Of a stretch of 64,000 nt of DNA, positions 51,771-64,000 are shown one piece after another. Location of the stretch: NCBI GenBank assembly GCA_964016885.1, contig OZ024741.1, positions 72,106,001-72,170,000 on the forward strand. The letters run 5' to 3'. The translations under genes were made by a program, and so were the position numbers. Within the stretch, counting starts at the first letter, position 1. The number at the start of each line of letters is the position of its first letter. The DNA comes from Eledone cirrhosa (lineage: Eukaryota). The notes under the pieces are model-generated. The model searched no databases, was not told the origin of the DNA, and saw nothing but the letters and a program-made list of their open reading frames with translations.

Positions 51771-54700
51771 CTTGATTGACTGGGAGAGACAGTGTTTTTA
51801 TGGTGGTGTTGTTGTGTCTTGATTGACTGGTAGAGACAGTGTTTTTATTGTGGTGTTGTAGTGTCTTGATTGACTGGGAGAGAGTGTTTTTATGATGGTG
51901 TTGTAGAGTATTGATTGACTGGGAGAGACAGTGTTTTTATGGTGGTGTTGTAGTGTCTTGATTGACTGGGAGAGGCAGTGTTTTTATGGTGGTGTTGTAG
52001 TTGCTTGATTGACTGGGAGAGACAGTGTTTTTATTATGGTGGTGATGTAGTGTCTTGATTGACTGGGAAGGCAGTGTTTTTATGGTGGTGTGGTAGTGAC
52101 TTGATTGACTGGGAGAGACACTGTTTTTATGGTGCTGTTGTTGTGTCTTGATTGACTGGGAGAGACAGTGTTTTTATGGTGGTGTTGTTTTGTCTTGATT
52201 GACTGGTAGAGACAGTGTTTTTATTGTGGTGTTGTAGTGTCTTGATTGAGTGGGAGAGACAGTGTTTTTATGGTGGTGGTGTAGAGTCTTGATTGACTGG
52301 GAGAGAGTGTTTTTATGGTGGTGTTGTAGTTGCTTGATTGACTGGGAGAGACAGTGTTTTTATGGTGGTGTTGTAGTGTCTTGATTGACTGGGAGAGACA
52401 GTGTTTTTATGGTTGTGTTGTAGTGACTTGATTGACTGGGAGAGACAGTGTTTTTATGGTGGTTTTGTAGTGTCTTGATTGACTGGGAGAGACAGTGTTT
52501 TTATGGTGGTGTTGTAGTTGCTTGATTGACTGGGAGAGACAGTGTTTTTATGGTGGTGTTGTAGTGTCTTGATTGACTGGGAGAGGCAGTGTTTTTATGG
52601 TTGTGTTGTAGTGACTTGATTGACTGGGAGAGACAGTGTTTTTATGGTGGTTTTGTAGTGTCTTGATTGACTGGGAGAGACAGTGTTTTTATGGTGGTGT
52701 TGTTGTGTCTTGATTGACTGGGAGAGACAGTGTTATTATTGTGGTGTTGTAGTGTCTTGATTAACTCGAAGAGACAGTGTTTTTATGGTGGTGTTGTAGT
52801 GTCTTGATTTACTGGGAGAGGCATTGTTTTTATGGTGGTGTTGTAGACTCTTGATTGACTGGGAGAGAGTGTTTTTATGGTGGTATTGTAGTGTCTTGAT
52901 TGACTGGGAGAGAGAATGTTTTTATGGTGGTGTTGTAGTGTCTTAATTGAATGGGAGAGTGTGTTTTTATGGTGGTTTTGTAGTGCCTTGATTGACTGGG
53001 AGAGAGTGTTTTTATGGTGGTGTTGGAGTATCTTGATTGACTGGGAGAGATAGTGTTTTGTTGGTGGTGTTGTTGTGTCTTGATTGACTGGGAGAGACAG
53101 TGTTTTTATGGTGGTGTTGTTGTGTCTTGATTGACTCGAAGAGACAGTGTTTTTATGGTGGTGTTGTAGTGTCCTGATTTACTGGGAGAGGCAGTGTTTT
53201 TATGGCGGTGTTGTAGTTTCTCGATTGACTGGGAGAGACAGTGTTTTTATGGCGGTGTCGTAATTACTTGATTGACTGGGAGAGACAGTGTTTTTATGGT
53301 GGTGCTGTAGTGTCTCGATTGACTGGGAGAGGCAGTGTTTTTATGGTGGTGTTGTAGATGCTTGATTGACTGGGAGAGACAGTGTTCTTATGGTGGTTTT
53401 GTAGTGTCTTGATTGACTGGGAGAGACAGTGTTTTTATGGTGGTGTTGTTGTGTCTTGATTGACTGGGAGAGACAGTGTTTTTATTGTGGTGTTGTAGTG
53501 TCTTGATTAACTCGAAGAGACAGTGTTTTTATGGTGGTGTTGTAGTGTCTTGATTTACTGGGAGAGGCAGTGTTTTTATGGCGGTGTTGTAGTTTCTTGA
53601 TTGACCGGGAGAGACAGTGTTTTTATGGTGGTGTTGTAGACTCTTGATTGACTGGGAGAGAGAATGTTTTTATGGTGGTGTTGTAGTGTCTTAATTGAAT
53701 GGGAGAGTGTGTTTTTATGGTGGTTTTGTAGTGTCTTGATTGACTGGGAGAGAGTGTTTTTATGGTGGTGTTGGAGTATCTTGATTGACTGGGAGAGACA
53801 GTGTTTTTATGGTGGTGTTGTTGTGTCTTGATTGACTGGGAGAGACAGTGTTTTTATGGTGGTATTGTAGTGTCTTGATTGACTGGGAGAGAGAATGTTT
53901 TTATGGTGGTGTTGTAGTGTCTTAATTGAATGGGAGAGTGTGTTTTTATGGTGGTTTTGTAGTGTCTTGATTGACTGGGAGAGAGTGTTTTTATGGTGGT
54001 GGTTGGAGTATCTTGATTGACTGGGAGAGACAGTGTTTTTATGGTGGTGTTGTTGTGTCTTGATTGACTGGTAGAGACAGTTTTTTTATTGTGGTGTTGT
54101 AGTGTCTTGATTGACTCGAAGAGACAGTGTTTTTATGGTGGTGCTGTAGTGTCTTGATTTACTGGGAGAGGCAGTGTTTTTATGGCGATGTTGTAGTGTC
54201 TTGATTGACTGGGAGAGACCGTGTTTTTATGGTGGTGTTGTTGTGTCTTGATTGACTCGAAGAGACAGTGTTTTTATGGTGGTGTTGTAGTGTCCTGATT
54301 TACTGGGAGAGGCAGTGTTTTTATGGCGGTGTTGTAGTGTCTTGATTGACTGGGAGAGGCAGTGTTTTTATGGTGGTGTTGTAGTTGCTTGATTGACTGG
54401 GAGAGACAGTGTTTTTATGGTGGTGTTGTAGTGTCTTGATTGACTGGGAGAGACAGTGTTTTTATGGTTGTGTTGTAGTGACTTGATTGACTGGGAGAGA
54501 CAGTGTTTTTATGGTGGTTTTGTAGTGTCTTGATTGACTGGGAGAGACAGTGTTTTTATGGTGGTGTTGTTGTGTCTTGATTGACTGGGAGAGACAGTGT
54601 TTTTATTGTGTTGTCGTGTCTTGATTGACTGGGAGAGACACTGTTTTTATGGTGGTGTTGTTGTGTCTTGATTGACTCGAAGAGACAGTGTTTTTATGGT

Positions 54701-57700
54701 GGTGTTGTAGTGTCCTGATTTACTGGGAGAGGCAGTGTTTTTATGGCAGTGTTGTAGTGTCTTGATTGACTGGGAGAGGCAGTGTTTTTATGGTGGTGTT
54801 GTAGTTGCTTGAATGACTGGGAGAGACAGTGTTTTTATGGTGGTGATGTAGTGTCTTGATTGACTGGGAGAGACACTGTTTTTATGGTGGTGTTGTAGTT
54901 TCTTGATTGACTGGGAGAGACAGTGTTTTTATGGTGGTGTTGTTGTGTCTTGATTGACTGGGAGAGAAAGTGTTTTTATGGTGGTGTTGTAGTGTCTTGA
55001 TTGACTGGGAGGGCAGTGTTTTTATGGTGGTGTTGTAGTGTCTTGATTGACTGGGAGAGACAGTGTTTTTATGGTGGTGTTGTAGTTGCTTGATTGACTG
55101 GGAGAGACAGTGTTTTTATTATGGTGGTGTTGTAGTGTCTTGATTGACTGGGAGAGACACTGTTTTTATGGTGGTGTTGTAGTTTCTTGATTGACTGGGA
55201 GAGAGTGTTTTTATGGTGGTGATATAGTGTCTTGATTGACTGGGAAGGCAGTGTTTTTATGGTGGTGTGGTAGTGACTTGATTGACTGGGAAGGCAGTGT
55301 TTTTATGGTGGTGTGGTAGTGACTTGATTGACTGGGAGAGACAGTGTTTTTATGGTGGTGTTGTTGTGTCTTGATTGACTGGGAGAGACAGTGTTTTTAT
55401 GGTGGTGTTGTTTTATCTTGATTGACTGGTAGAGACAGTGTTTTTATTGTGGTGTTGTAGTGTCTTGATTGACTCGAAGAGACAGTGTTTTTATGGTGGT
55501 GTCGTTGTGTCTTAATTTACTGGGAGAGGCAGTGTTTTTATGGCGGTGTAGTAATTTCTTGATTGACTGGGAGAGACAGTGTTTTTATGGTGGTGCTGTA
55601 GTGTCTTGATTGACTGGGAGAGGCAGTGTTTTTATGGTGGTGTTGTAGTTACTTGATTGACTGGGAGAGACAGTGTTTTTATGGTGGTGTTGTAGTGTCT
55701 TGATTGACTGGGAGAGACAGTGTTTTTATGGTTGTGTTGTAGTGACTTGATTGACTGGGAGAGACAGTGTTTTTATGGTGGTTTTGTAGTGTCTTGATTG
55801 ACTGGGAGAGACAGTGTTTTTATGGTGGTGTTGTTGTGTCTTGATTGACTGGGAGAGACAGTGTTTTTATTGTGGTGTTGTAGTGTCTTGATTAACTCGA
55901 AGAGACAGTGTTTTTATGGTGGTGTTGTAGTGTCTTGATTTACTGGGAGAGGCAGTGTTTTTATGGCGGTGTTGTAGTTTCTTGATTGACCGGGAGAGAC
56001 AGTGTTTTTATGGTGGTGTTGTAGACTCTTGATTGACTGGGAGAGAGTGTTTTTATGGTGGTATTGTAGTGTCTTGATTGACTGGGAGAGAGAATGTTTT
56101 TATGGTGGTGTTGTAGTGTCTTAATTGAATGGGAGAGTGTGTTTTTATGGTGGTTTTGTAGTGTCTTGATTGACTGGGAGAGAGTGTTTTTATGGTGGTG
56201 TTGGAGTATCTTGATTGACTGGGAGAGACAGTGTTTTTATGGTGGTGTTGTTGTGTCTTGATTGACTGGGAGAGACAGTGTTTTTATGGTGGTGTTGTTG
56301 TGTCTTGATTGACTGGTAGAGACAGTGTTTTTATTGTGGTGTTGTAGTGTCTTGATTGACTGGGAGAGAGTGTTTTTATGATGGTGTTGTAGAGTATTGA
56401 TTGACTGGGAGAGACAGTGTTTTTATGGTGGTGTTGTAGTGTCTTGATTGACTGGGAGAGGCAGTGTTTTTATGGTGGTGTTGTAGTTGCTTGATTGACT
56501 GGGAGAGACAGTGTTTTTATTATGGTGGTGATGTAGTGTCTTGATTGACTGGGAAGGCAGTGTTTTTATGGTGGTGTGGTAGTGACTTGATTGACTGGGA
56601 GAGACACTGTTTTTATGGTGCTGTTGTTGTGTCTTGATTGACTGGGAGAGACAGTGTTTTTATGGTGGTGTTGTTTTGTCTTGATTGACTGGTAGAGACA
56701 GTGTTTTTATTGTGGTGTTGTAGTGTCTTGATTGAGTGGGAGAGACAGTGTTTTTATGGTGGTGGTGTAGAGTCTTGATTGACTGGGAGAGAGTGTTTTT
56801 ATGGTGGTGTTGTAGTTGCTTGATTGACTGGGAGAGACAGTGTTTTTATGGTGGTGTTGTAGTGTCTTGATTGACTGGGAGAGACAGTGTTTTTATGGTT
56901 GTGTTGTAGTGACTTGATTGACTGGGAGAGACAGTGTTTTTATGGTGGTTTTGTAGTGTCTTGATTGACTGGGAGAGACAGTGTTTTTATGGTGGTGTTG
57001 TAGTTGCTTGATTGACTGGGAGAGACAGTGTTTTTATGGTGGTGTTGTAGTGTCTTGATTGACTGGGAGAGGCAGTGTTTTTATGGTTGTGTTGTAGTGA
57101 CTTGATTGACTGGGAGAGACAGTGTTTTTATGGTGGTTTTGTAGTGTCTTGATTGACTGGGAGAGACAGTGTTTTTATGGTGGTGTTGTTGTGTCTTGAT
57201 TGACTGGGAGAGACAGTGTTATTATTGTGGTGTTGTAGTGTCTTGATTAACTCGAAGAGACAGTGTTTTTATGGTGGTGTTGTAGTGTCTTGATTTACTG
57301 GGAGAGGCATTGTTTTTATGGTGGTGTTGTAGACTCTTGATTGACTGGGAGAGAGTGTTTTTATGGTGGTATTGTAGTGTCTTGATTGACTGGGAGAGAG
57401 AATGTTTTTATGGTGGTGTTGTAGTGTCTTAATTGAATGGGAGAGTGTGTTTTTATGGTGGTTTTGTAGTGCCTTGATTGACTGGGAGAGAGTGTTTTTA
57501 TGGTGGTGTTGGAGTATCTTGATTGACTGGGAGAGATAGTGTTTTGTTGGTGGTGTTGTTGTGTCTTGATTGACTGGGAGAGACAGTGTTTTTATGGTGG
57601 TGTTGTTGTGTCTTGATTGACTCGAAGAGACAGTGTTTTTATGGTGGTGTTGTAGTGTCCTGATTTACTGGGAGAGGCAGTGTTTTTATGGCGGTGTTGT

Positions 57701-60700
57701 AGTTTCTCGATTGACTGGGAGAGACAGTGTTTTTATGGCGGTGTCGTAATTACTTGATTGACTGGGAGAGACAGTGTTTTTATGGTGGTGCTGTAGTGTC
57801 TCGATTGACTGGGAGAGGCAGTGTTTTTATGGTGGTGTTGTAGATGCTTGATTGACTGGGAGAGACAGTGTTCTTATGGTGGTTTTGTAGTGTCTTGATT
57901 GACTGGGAGAGACAGTGTTTTTATGGTGGTGTTGTTGTGTCTTGATTGACTGGGAGAGACAGTGTTTTTATTGTGGTGTTGTAGTGTCTTGATTAACTCG
58001 AAGAGACAGTGTTTTTATGGTGGTGTTGTAGTGTCTTGATTTACTGGGAGAGGCAGTGTTTTTATGGCGGTGTTGTAGTTTCTTGATTGACCGGGAGAGA
58101 CAGTGTTTTTATGGTGGTGTTGTAGACTCTTGATTGACTGGGAGAGAGAATGTTTTTATGGTGGTGTTGTAGTGTCTTAATTGAATGGGAGAGTGTGTTT
58201 TTATGGTGGTTTTGTAGTGTCTTGATTGACTGGGAGAGAGTGTTTTTATGGTGGTGTTGGAGTATCTTGATTGACTGGGAGAGACAGTGTTTTTATGGTG
58301 GTGTTGTTGTGTCTTGATTGACTGGGAGAGACAGTGTTTTTATGGTGGTATTGTAGTGTCTTGATTGACTGGGAGAGAGAATGTTTTTATGGTGGTGTTG
58401 TAGTGTCTTAATTGAATGGGAGAGTGTGTTTTTATGGTGGTTTTGTAGTGTCTTGATTGACTGGGAGAGAGTGTTTTTATGGTGGTGGTTGGAGTATCTT
58501 GATTGACTGGGAGAGACAGTGTTTTTATGGTGGTGTTGTTGTGTCTTGATTGACTGGTAGAGACAGTTTTTTTATTGTGGTGTTGTAGTGTCTTGATTGA
58601 CTCGAAGAGACAGTGTTTTTATGGTGGTGCTGTAGTGTCTTGATTTACTGGGAGAGGCAGTGTTTTTATGGCGATGTTGTAGTGTCTTGATTGACTGGGA
58701 GAGACCGTGTTTTTATGGTGGTGTTGTTGTGTCTTGATTGACTCGAAGAGACAGTGTTTTTATGGTGGTGTTGTAGTGTCCTGATTTACTGGGAGAGGCA
58801 GTGTTTTTATGGCGGTGTTGTAGTGTCTTGATTGACTGGGAGAGGCAGTGTTTTTATGGTGGTGTTGTAGTTGCTTGATTGACTGGGAGAGACAGTGTTT
58901 TTATGGTGGTGTTGTAGTGTCTTGATTGACTGGGAGAGACAGTGTTTTTATGGTTGTGTTGTAGTGACTTGATTGACTGGGAGAGACAGTGTTTTTATGG
59001 TGGTTTTGTAGTGTCTTGATTGACTGGGAGAGACAGTGTTTTTATGGTGGTGTTGTTGTGTCTTGATTGACTGGGAGAGACAGTGTTTTTATTGTGTTGT
59101 CGTGTCTTGATTGACTGGGAGAGACACTGTTTTTATGGTGGTGTTGTTGTGTCTTGATTGACTCGAAGAGACAGTGTTTTTATGGTGGTGTTGTAGTGTC
59201 CTGATTTACTGGGAGAGGCAGTGTTTTTATGGCAGTGTTGTAGTGTCTTGATTGACTGGGAGAGGCAGTGTTTTTATGGTGGTGTTGTAGTTGCTTGAAT
59301 GACTGGGAGAGACAGTGTTTTTATGGTGGTGATGTAGTGTCTTGATTGACTGGGAGAGACACTGTTTTTATGGTGGTGTTGTAGTTTCTTGATTGACTGG
59401 GAGAGACAGTGTTTTTATGGTGGTGTTGTTGTGTCTTGATTGACTGGGAGAGAAAGTGTTTTTATGGTGGTGTTGTAGTGTCTTGATTGACTGGGAGGGC
59501 AGTGTTTTTATGGTGGTGTTGTAGTGTCTTGATTGACTGGGAGAGACAGTGTTTTTATGGTGGTGTTGTAGTTGCTTGATTGACTGGGAGAGACAGTGTT
59601 TTTATTATGGTGGTGTTGTAGTGTCTTGATTGACTGGGAGAGACACTGTTTTTATGGTGGTGTTGTAGTTTCTTGATTGACTGGGAGAGAGTGTTTTTAT
59701 GGTGGTGATATAGTGTCTTGATTGACTGGGAAGGCAGTGTTTTTATGGTGGTGTGGTAGTGACTTGATTGACTGGGAAGGCAGTGTTTTTATGGTGGTGT
59801 GGTAGTGACTTGATTGACTGGGAGAGACAGTGTTTTTATGGTGGTGTTGTTGTGTCTTGATTGACTGGGAGAGACAGTGTTTTTATGGTGGTGTTGTTTT
59901 ATCTTGATTGACTGGTAGAGACAGTGTTTTTATTGTGGTGTTGTAGTGTCTTGATTGACTCGAAGAGACAGTGTTTTTATGGTGGTGTCGTTGTGTCTTA
60001 ATTTACTGGGAGAGGCAGTGTTTTTATGGCGGTGTAGTAATTTCTTGATTGACTGGGAGAGACAGTGTTTTTATGGTGGTGCTGTAGTGTCTTGATTGAC
60101 TGGGAGAGGCAGTGTTTTTATGGTGGTGTTGTAGTTACTTGATTGACTGGGAGAGACAGTGTTTTTATGGTGGTGTTGTAGTGTCTTGATTGACTGGGAG
60201 AGACAGTGTTTTTATGGTTGTGTTGTAGTGACTTGATTGACTGGGAGAGACAGTGTTTTTATGGTGGTTTTGTAGTGTCTTGATTGACTGGGAGAGACAG
60301 TGTTTTTATGGTGGTGTTGTTGTGTCTTGATTGACTGGGAGAGACAGTGTTTTTATTGTGGTGTTGTAGTGTCTTGATTAACTCGAAGAGACATTGTTTT
60401 TATGGTGGTGTTGTAGTGTCTTGATTTACTGGGAGAGGCAGTGTTTTTATGGCGGTGTTGTAGTTTCTTGATTGACCGGGAGAGACAGTGTTTTTATGGT
60501 GGTGTTGTAGACTCTTGATTGACTGGGAGAGAGTGTTTTTATGGTGGTATTGTAGTGTCTTGATTGACTGGGAGAGAGAATGTTTTTATGGTGGTGTTGT
60601 AGTGTCTTAATTGAATGGGAGAGTGTGTTTTTATGGTGGTTTTGTAGTGTCTTGATTGACTGGGAGAGAGTGTTTTTATGGTGGTGTTGGAGTATCTTGA

Positions 60701-60811
60701 TTGACTGGGAGAGACAGTGTTTTTATGGTGGTGTTGTTGTGTCTTGATTGACTGGGAGAGACAGTGTTTTTATGGTGGTGTTGTTGTGTCTTGATTGACT
60801 GGTAGAGACAG
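51771..60811 (+). repeat. Tandem higher-order duplication, period 4486 bp (about 96 monomers), two copies
   Basis: GTTTTGTTGG preceded by the private GAGATAGT at 53055 and 57541; GGTAGAG at 51829, 56315 and 60801; private GATATAG and ATTGTGTTGTCG in both copies. Confidence 0.92.
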
Positions 60812-63800
60812 TTTTTTTATTGTGGTGTTGTAGTGTCTTGATTGACTCGAAGAGACAGTGTTTTTATGGTGGTGTTGTAGTGTCTTGATTTACTGGGAGA
60901 GGCAGTGTTTTTATGGCGGTGTTCTAGTGTCTTGATTGACTGGGAGAGACAGTGTTTTTATGGGGTGTTGTCGTGTCTTGATTGACTGGGAGAGACAGTG
61001 TTTTTATTGTGGTGTTGTAGTGTCTTGATTAACTCGAAGAGACAGTGTTTTTATGGTGGTGTTGTAGTGTCTTGATTTACTGGGAGAGGCAGTGTTTTTA
61101 TGGCGGTGTTGTAGTTTCTTGATTGACTGGGAGAGACAGTGTTTTTATGGTGGTGTTGTAGACTCTTGATTGACTGGGAGAGAGTGTTTTTATGGTGGTA
61201 TTGTAGTGTCTTGAATGACTGGGAGAGAGAATGTTTTCATGGTGGTGTTGTAGTGTCTTAATTGAATGGGAGAGTGTGTTTTTATGGTGGTGTTGTAGTG
61301 TTTTAATTGAATGGGAGAGTGTGTTTTTATGGTGGTTTTGTAGTGTCTTGATTTACTGGGAGAGGCAGTGTTTTTATCGCGGTGTTGTAGTTTCTTGATT
61401 GACTGGGAGAGACAGTGTTTTTATGGTGGTGTTGTAGACTCTTGATTGACTGGGAGAGAGTGTTTTTATGGTGGTATTGTAGTGTCTTGATTGACTGGGA
61501 GAGAGAATATTTTTATGGTGGTGTTGTAGTGTCTTAATTGAATGGGAGAGTGTGTTTTTATGGTGCTGTTGTAGTGTCTTGATTGACTGGGAGAGACAGT
61601 GTTTTTATGGTGGTGGTGTAGAGTCTTGATTGACTGGGAGAAAGTGTTTTTATGGTGGTGTTGTAGAGTATTGATTGACTGGGAGAGACAGTGTTTTTAT
61701 GGTGGTGTTGTAGTGTCTTGATTGACTGGGAGAGACAGTGTTTTTATGGTGGTGTTGTAGTGTCTTGATTGACTCGAAGAGACAGTGTTTTTATGGTGGT
61801 GTTGTAGTGTCTTGATTTACTGGGAGAGGCAGTGTTTTTATGGCGGTGTTGTAGTTTCTTGATTGACTGGGAGAGACAGTGTTTTTATGGTGGTGTTGTA
61901 GACTCTTGATTGACGGGGAGAGAGTGTTTTTATGGTGGTATTGTAGTGTCTTGATTGACTGGGAGAGACAGTGTTTTTATGGTGGTGCTGTAGTGTCTTG
62001 ATTGACTGGGAGAGGCAGTGTTTTTATGGTGGTGTTGTAGTTACTTGATTGACTGGGAGAGACAGTGTTTTTATGGTGGTGTTGTAGAGTCTTGATTGAC
62101 TGGGAGAGACAGTGTTTTTATGGTTGTGTTGTAGTGACTTGATTGACTGGGAGAGACAGTGTTTTTATGGTGGTTTTGTAGTGTCTTGATTGACTGGGAG
62201 AGACAGTGTTTTTATGGTGGTGTTGTTGTGTCTTGATTGACTGGGAGAGACAGTGTTTTTATTGTGGTGTTGTAGTGTCTTGATTAACTCGAAGAGACAG
62301 TGTTTTTATGGTGGTGTTGTAGTGTCTTGATTTACTGGGAGAGGCAGTGTTTTTATGGCGGTGTTGTAGTTTCTTGATTGACCGGGAGAGACAGTGTTTT
62401 TATGGTGGTGTTGTAGACTCTTGATTGACTGGGAGAGAGTGTTTTTATGGTGGTATTGTAGTGTCTTGATTGACTGGGAGAGAGAATGTTTTTATGGTGG
62501 TGTTGTAGTGTCTTAATTGAATGGGAGAGTGTGTTTTTATGGTGGTTTTGTAGTGTCTTGATTGACTGGGAGAGAGTGTTTTTATGGTGGTGTTGTTGTG
62601 TCTTGATTGACTGGGAGAGACAGTGTTTTTATGGTGGTGTTGTTGTGTCTTGATTGACTGGTAGAGACAGTTTTTTTATTGTGGTGTTGTAGTGTCTTGA
62701 TTGACTCGAAGAGACAGTGTTTTTATGGTGGTGTTGTAGTGTCTTGATTTACTGGGAGAGGCAGTGTTTTTATGGCGGTGTTCTAGTGTCTTGATTGACT
62801 GGGAGAGACAGTGTTTTTATGGGGTGTTGTCGTGTCTTGATTGACTGGGAGAGACAGTGTTTTTATTGTGGTGTTGTAGTGTCTTGATTAACTCGAAGAG
62901 ACAGTGTTTTTATGGTGGTGTTGTAGTGTCTTGATTTACTGGGAGAGGCAGTGTTTTTATGGCGGTGTTGTAGTTTCTTGATTGACTGGGAGAGACAGTG
63001 TTTTTATGGTGGTGTTGTAGACTCTTGATTGACTGGGAGAGAGTGTTTTTATGGTGGTATTGTAGTGTCTTGAATGACTGGGAGAGAGAATGTTTTCATG
63101 GTGGTGTTGTAGTGTCTTAATTGAATGGGAGAGTGTGTTTTTATGGTGGTGTTGTAGTGTTTTAATTGAATGGGAGAGTGTGTTTTTATGGTGGTTTTGT
63201 AGTGTCTTGATTTACTGGGAGAGGCAGTGTTTTTATCGCGGTGTTGTAGTTTCTTGATTGACTGGGAGAGACAGTGTTTTTATGGTGGTGTTGTAGACTC
63301 TTGATTGACTGGGAGAGAGTGTTTTTATGGTGGTATTGTAGTGTCTTGATTGACTGGGAGAGAGAATATTTTTATGGTGGTGTTGTAGTGTCTTAATTGA
63401 ATGGGAGAGTGTGTTTTTATGGTGCTGTTGTAGTGTCTTGATTGACTGGGAGAGACAGTGTTTTTATGGTGGTGGTGTAGAGTCTTGATTGACTGGGAGA
63501 AAGTGTTTTTATGGTGGTGTTGTAGAGTATTGATTGACTGGGAGAGACAGTGTTTTTATGGTGGTGTTGTAGTGTCTTGATTGACTGGGAGAGACAGTGT
63601 TTTTATGGTGGTGTTGTAGTGTCTTGATTGACTCGAAGAGACAGTGTTTTTATGGTGGTGTTGTAGTGTCTTGATTTACTGGGAGAGGCAGTGTTTTTAT
63701 GGCGGTGTTGTAGTTTCTTGATTGACTGGGAGAGACAGTGTTTTTATGGTGGTGTTGTAGACTCTTGATTGACGGGGAGAGAGTGTTTTTATGGTGGTAT

Positions 63801-63825
63801 TGTAGTGTCTTGATTGACTGGGAGA
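60050..63825 (+). repeat. Tandem higher-order duplication, period 1906 bp shifting to 1859 bp after loss of one monomer, two copies
   Basis: The C of GGTGCTG lies at 60082 and 61988 (offset 1906). The C of the private GTTCTAGTG lies at 60924 and 62783 (offset 1859 = 1906-47). Confidence 0.85.
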
Positions 63826-64000
63826 GAGAGTGTTTTTATGGCGGTGTTGTAGTGTCTTAATTGAATGGGAGAGTGTGTTTTTATGGTGGTATTGTAGTGT
63901 CTTAATTGAATGGGAGAGTGTGTTTTTATGGTGGTTTTGTAGTGTCTTGATTGACTGGGAGAGAGTGTTTTTATGGTGGTGTTGGAGTGTCTTGATTGAC

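Larger units (their letters stand above)
1..64000 (+). repeat. Tandem satellite/minisatellite array of a 47-bp monomer (GTGTTTTTATGGTGGTGTTGTAGTGTCTTGATTGACTGGGAGAGACA), about 1,370 copies, single orientation, running off both window ends
   Basis: The monomer can be read directly and continuously (e.g. 1290 onward, 428-474). Consensus composition is G17 T19 A8 C3. No non-repeat sequence was seen. Confidence 0.99.

Noticed and set aside
1-64000. CRISPR array
   Set aside because: Monomers abut directly with no unique spacers, and there is no leader or cas gene.
1-64000. Minus-strand repeat protein (T/H/Q/S-rich, mucin-like)
   Set aside because: The 47-bp unit cycles through the frames and meets TAA about every third monomer. 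The minus-strand consensus has no ATG, and the ORF track shows no minus-strand ORF.
1-64000. Canonical telomerase repeat or G-quadruplex array
   Set aside because: There is no TTAGGG-type unit. Only one GGG run occurs per 47 bp, too widely spaced for a canonical G4. The ordered, inherited variants indicate recombinational copying rather than templated addition.
1-64000. Entire array as a sequencing or concatemer artefact
   Set aside because: Variants are shared hierarchically between distant blocks, which random error or rolling-circle artefacts would not produce. Exact copy numbers of the near-identical blocks still need read validation.

Overview
The whole 64 kb window is one uninterrupted, head-to-tail tandem array (satellite or large minisatellite, most likely eukaryotic). 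The monomer is 47 bp, consensus GTGTTTTTATGGTGGTGTTGTAGTGTCTTGATTGACTGGGAGAGACA, present in roughly 1,370 copies. Length variants of 44, 45, 46, 48 and 50 bp occur. I saw no inversion, foreign insertion, gene, RNA gene or CRISPR spacer. The eight identical 70-aa ORFs are by-products of runs of 45-bp monomers. The informative content is the order of monomer variants, which records a nested duplication history. There is a distinct variant domain at 1-2.6 kb and an irregular zone rich in private variants at about 8-14.5 kb. Near-identical tandem higher-order blocks have periods of 1449, 2244, 1574, 3322 (three copies), 3169, 6008, 4486 and 1859/1906 bp, and there are dispersed copies at offsets of about 13.6 kb and 26.4 kb. 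I cannot assign the satellite to a named family or organism, and I found no evidence of a novel protein-coding system. Offsets were read by eye from rare marker variants, so block boundaries are approximate to about one monomer.
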